From Pseudomonadota bacterium (GTDB taxonomy: Bacteria > UBA10199 > 2-02-FULL-44-16 > JAAZCA01): DNA of 41,813 bases. Shown one piece after another: positions 38,638-41,813 of this stretch (positions are counted from its first letter, which is position 1; the number at the start of each line of letters is the position of its first letter). The DNA is taken from positions 1-41,813 of the forward strand of contig JBDRBN010000043.1 of assembly GCA_043822785.1 (NCBI GenBank), read 5' to 3'. Both the position numbers and the translations under genes were made by a program. The notes beneath the pieces are model-generated. The model saw only the letters and a list, made by a program, of their open reading frames with translations. It ran no database searches and was not told the DNA's origin.

Positions 38638-40701
38638 ATGAAAGTTCCCTTTAAATGGCTCAAGGAGTTTGCTGATATCAAACAAACTCCGCCGAAAGTA
38701 GCTGACAGGCTTACAATGAGCGGCCTTGAGGTCGAATCCATTGAAGATCTGGGTCGCGAGGCTGTATTCGATATCGGGGTTACGCCCAATAGGGCAGATT
38801 GTCTATCAGTCGTTGGAGTGGCTCGTGAGGTCTCAGCAATTACCGGATGCAAGTTCAAGGGGCTTAGGGTAAAGACACTCAAGGGCACTGGGGCCATAAA
38901 GAAAAAACTAAGTGTGTCTGTGCACAAAAAAGCCCGCTGTCCCAGGTATGCGGCACGGATAATTGAAGACGTTAGAGTCGGCACATCCCCATCGTGGATG
39001 GCTGCACGCCTGGCAGCCTGTGGCATCAGATCCATAAACAACATAGTCGATGCTACAAACTATGTAATGTTAGAGACAGGCCAGCCGTTTCACGCCTTTG
39101 ATCAAAATGACATAGCTGGAGGCAAGATCATTGTGCGTTTAGCTGAAGACGGAGCTAAGTTCACTACTCTTGATGGAGTTGTAAGAGAGCTTACCTCCGA
39201 CGATCTTCTTATCTGCGATGCAGATGGCCCCATAGCATTGGCTGGAGTTATGGGTGGAGAGAATTCTGAGGTGAAATATTCCACGACAAACATAGTCTTG
39301 GAGAGCGCTTATTTCGAGCCAACAGGTGTGCGGCGTACATCCAAAAGGCTTGGCCTTACGTCAGAATCCTCGCGTCGTTTTGAGCGCGGTGTAGATCCAA
39401 ATAATGTTGTGAATGCCTTAAATAGGCTTACAGAACTCATCGTCGAGACAGCTGGCGGAAAGCCATCAGTTGACTTAATTGATGTCTATCCAAAAAAGAT
39501 TGTTCCAAAGCGTATTAGCATAACGAGCTCAGAAACGAATCGCATTCTTGGAACTGCTCTTAAGCCATCACAGATTCCTAAACTCCTCAAGAGAGTAGGC
39601 TTAACAGTAAAAAAGCCAAGAGGTGAGAGCGTGTCGGTCTCGGTGCCTACGTTTAGGCCAGATCTTACACGGCCGATAGATCTTATCGAGGAGATTGCGC
39701 GCATATATGGCTATGTTTCTATAAATGAAACACAACCGGAAGTACGTATGGAGTCATTATACAGACCGCGCTATTTTGCTCAGGAAAATATGGTTAAGGG
39801 AGCGCTCATAGATGCGGGACTTTCAGAAGCAGTCTTGTATGGTTTTACAAACCCTGCTCTTCTTGAACCGTTTCAGGAGTTGGGACCAACGCCTGTTAAA
39901 ATCACAAATCCCATTTCGCAAGAGCAAGGGGTGATGTGTACTTCACTACTGCCAGGCCTTTTGGATGTGCTAAAGTTAAACCTGAACAGACAACGAAATG
40001 ATCTGCGCTTTTTTGCCCTGCAGCGAGTCTTTCAGAGGCCTGGTGCGGTGGGCCCATCAGATGAACCTCTCACTCTTGCGGGCATCATGACAGGAAAGCG
40101 CTACCCTGGATCATGGCAGAGTTCTAAAGAGATGCTGGATTTTTATGATGCAAAAGGAGTGGTGGAAAGCGTTTTGGACTCACTTCACCTTTCTGAAAGC
40201 GCGATATACCAAAGAGGAGAAGCTCCTGCTTTTCTCCATCCAGGGCGCTTTGCCTATGTCTTGTACGATGGCGGAAGAGTTGGCTTTGTGGGGCAGCTCC
40301 ATCCAAATATTTTGGCGATGTGGGATTTGGCTCAGGACGTGTTCGTATTTGAGATGCATTTTGAAGTCCTTGCAGAACTCAGTCAGTCAAAAGCACATCG
40401 TTTTAAGGAACTGCCTAAGTTTCCGTTTGTGACCCGCGATATATCCATAGTGCTTAAAGATCACATACCACTCGTAGAGGTGGAAAAGGTTATATCAGAG
40501 GGTATGGACGAGCTCTTGGATGATGTGAGCGTATTTGATCTTTATAAGGGCAAAGGCGTGCCATCAGGGCATAAGAGCTTGGGCATAGCGCTTAGATTTT
40601 CAAGGGATGATCGAACACTCACTGACGAAGAAGTTACACAGGCACAGCGCAACATAGTAGGAAAGCTATCAAGTCAGCTAGGTGCTGAGTTGAGGGAATA
40701 A
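38638..40701 (+). CDS. pheT: Phenylalanine--tRNA ligase beta subunit (lacks the B2 OB-fold insert)
   Basis: TPNRADCLS, NNIVDATNY, RFERGVD, DLIEEIARIYGY, C-terminal FDX-ACB. Confidence 0.96.
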   Translation: MKVPFKWLKEFADIKQTPPKVADRLTMSGLEVESIEDLGREAVFDIGVTPNRADCLSVVGVAREVSAITGCKFKGLRVKTLKGTGAIKKKLSVSVHKKARCPRYAARIIEDVRVGTSPSWMAARLAACGIRSINNIVDATNYVMLETGQPFHAFDQNDIAGGKIIVRLAEDGAKFTTLDGVVRELTSDDLLICDADGPIALAGVMGGENSEVKYSTTNIVLESAYFEPTGVRRTSKRLGLTSESSRRFERGVDPNNVVNALNRLTELIVETAGGKPSVDLIDVYPKKIVPKRISITSSETNRILGTALKPSQIPKLLKRVGLTVKKPRGESVSVSVPTFRPDLTRPIDLIEEIARIYGYVSINETQPEVRMESLYRPRYFAQENMVKGALIDAGLSEAVLYGFTNPALLEPFQELGPTPVKITNPISQEQGVMCTSLLPGLLDVLKLNLNRQRNDLRFFALQRVFQRPGAVGPSDEPLTLAGIMTGKRYPGSWQSSKEMLDFYDAKGVVESVLDSLHLSESAIYQRGEAPAFLHPGRFAYVLYDGGRVGFVGQLHPNILAMWDLAQDVFVFEMHFEVLAELSQSKAHRFKELPKFPFVTRDISIVLKDHIPLVEVEKVISEGMDELLDDVSVFDLYKGKGVPSGHKSLGIALRFSRDDRTLTDEEVTQAQRNIVGKLSSQLGAELRE

Positions 40702-40770
40702 ACAACATGCTAACAATACCGCACGCCTGCATCTCTGTAATGAGATGTAGTGCGGGGGAAGGAGGAAAGC

Positions 40771-41064
40771 ATGACAAAGGCCGATATTATAGAGCAGATC
40801 TATGAAAAAGTTGGATTTTCTAAGAAGGAGTCGGCTGAAATCGTGGAGATGGTCTTCGATACGATGAAGGAGACCCTTGAAAAGGGTGAGAAGATCAAGA
40901 TCTCAGGTTTCGGTAACTTCGTGGTCCGGCAGAAAAGGCCCCGCATTGGCCGCAATCCTCAAACTGGCGAAGAGATAGAGATTACAGCCAGGAAAGTTTT
41001 GACGTTTAGGCCCAGCCAAGTATTGAAGTCCGCTCTCAACAAGGTTCGGGCAGAGGAAATGTGA
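40771..41064 (+). CDS. ihfA: Integration host factor alpha subunit
   Basis: MTKADI, KISGFGNF, GRNPQTGE; follows pheT. Confidence 0.95.
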   Translation: MTKADIIEQIYEKVGFSKKESAEIVEMVFDTMKETLEKGEKIKISGFGNFVVRQKRPRIGRNPQTGEEIEITARKVLTFRPSQVLKSALNKVRAEEM

Positions 41065-41119
41065 TTTGTGACCATGTGGTTCACAAAGTTCATGAATCGA
41101 TTCGACTTGGAGGTCACCG

Positions 41120-41644
41120 GTGGATAGATCAAAAGCCGAAAGGCCGGGATCGTCTGCGATCCCCAACAAACTCTATTTCCGCATAGGTGAAGTCAGCGAC
41201 TTAGTTGGCGTTAAGCCCTACGTGTTGCGCTATTGGGAGTCTGAGTTTCCTGATATTAAGCCGTCAAAATCAAAATCAGGCCAAAGGCTATACAAGCGCC
41301 GAGATGTGGAGTTGCTACTTAGGATTAAGGAGCTGCTCTACGAAGAACGCTTCACCATAAATGGCGCTCGCAAGAGGCTAAAGGATTTTAGCCGCGTCGA
41401 CACAAAGGAGCTACAAGACGTGGTCCTGCATCAGGAAGGGCATCTCGAAGCTAAGGAGGAACCAAGACAGCTTGAGGTGTTTGGTTCGAATGAATTGGAT
41501 GATGATGCAGAGGACGTGATGGATGAGCGTTCTGCTATGCAGCCTGACAGACAGATGGGCAGGGTTCCTATGCGTGACCAGACGAAAACGTTTATGAAGA
41601 TTCGCAGGGATCTCGAAGAGTTGCTAGAAATGGTTAAGGCGTAG
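41120..41644 (+). CDS. MerR-family transcriptional regulator (ihfA-linked type)
   Basis: [31 protein letters not shown]. Confidence 0.9.
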   Translation: MDRSKAERPGSSAIPNKLYFRIGEVSDLVGVKPYVLRYWESEFPDIKPSKSKSGQRLYKRRDVELLLRIKELLYEERFTINGARKRLKDFSRVDTKELQDVVLHQEGHLEAKEEPRQLEVFGSNELDDDAEDVMDERSAMQPDRQMGRVPMRDQTKTFMKIRRDLEELLEMVKA

Positions 41645-41648
41645 CTCC

Positions 41649-41763
41649 CGACGCTGCACGATTTTTTTGTATAAAAAAAATCGTTTGCAGCGTCGAGGAC
41701 CCTGAGCGAAGCGAAGGGTCTCATGGGGTCCCTCCGCAGCATCTGCTGCGTCGGGATCCTCGA
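41649..41763. repeat. Long hairpin followed by a REP-like palindrome
   Basis: CGACGCTGCA-CGATTTTTTT-GTAT-AAAAAAAATCG-TT-TGCAGCGTCG, overlapping TCGAGGACCC...GAGCGAAGCGAA...GGGATCCTCGA. Confidence 0.6.
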
Positions 41764-41813
41764 AATGGCAGAAAAGATTTTGCTCTTTAAAAATGATAAC
41801 TGTGTCTTTTGGT

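Overview
Bacterial chromosomal window. Gene order and protein style suggest a deltaproteobacterial-type lineage; this is an inference. The right two-thirds are housekeeping genes: rimP-nusA-infB-DUF503-rbfA-nrnA-truB-rpsO-pnp; minus-strand surA-like/cca/TPR/coaE; mreBCD-mrdA-rodA, trxA, tRNA-Val; thrS-infC-rpmI-rplT-pheST-ihfA-merR. The left third is unusual. It begins with the end of a probable IS1202-type insertion sequence and tRNA-Cys. Next is a free-standing two-motif LAGLIDADG endonuclease gene whose reading frame runs through the 5' exon of a tRNA-Leu gene and stops inside that tRNA's 269-nt group I intron. The predicted P1 and P9.0 pairings place the intron at position 33/34 and give a UAA anticodon after splicing. 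Then come pyrE-pyrF-hpt, a convergent MBL-hydrolase/purine permease/SSS/PilZ cluster, and secreted Ig/LTD/beta-helix lipoproteins, with three sigma54-type promoters. Many intergenic spacers carry families of degenerate 6-, 7- or 9-nt tandem arrays, often as inverted pairs and sometimes supplying stop codons. No CRISPR array or rRNA was seen.
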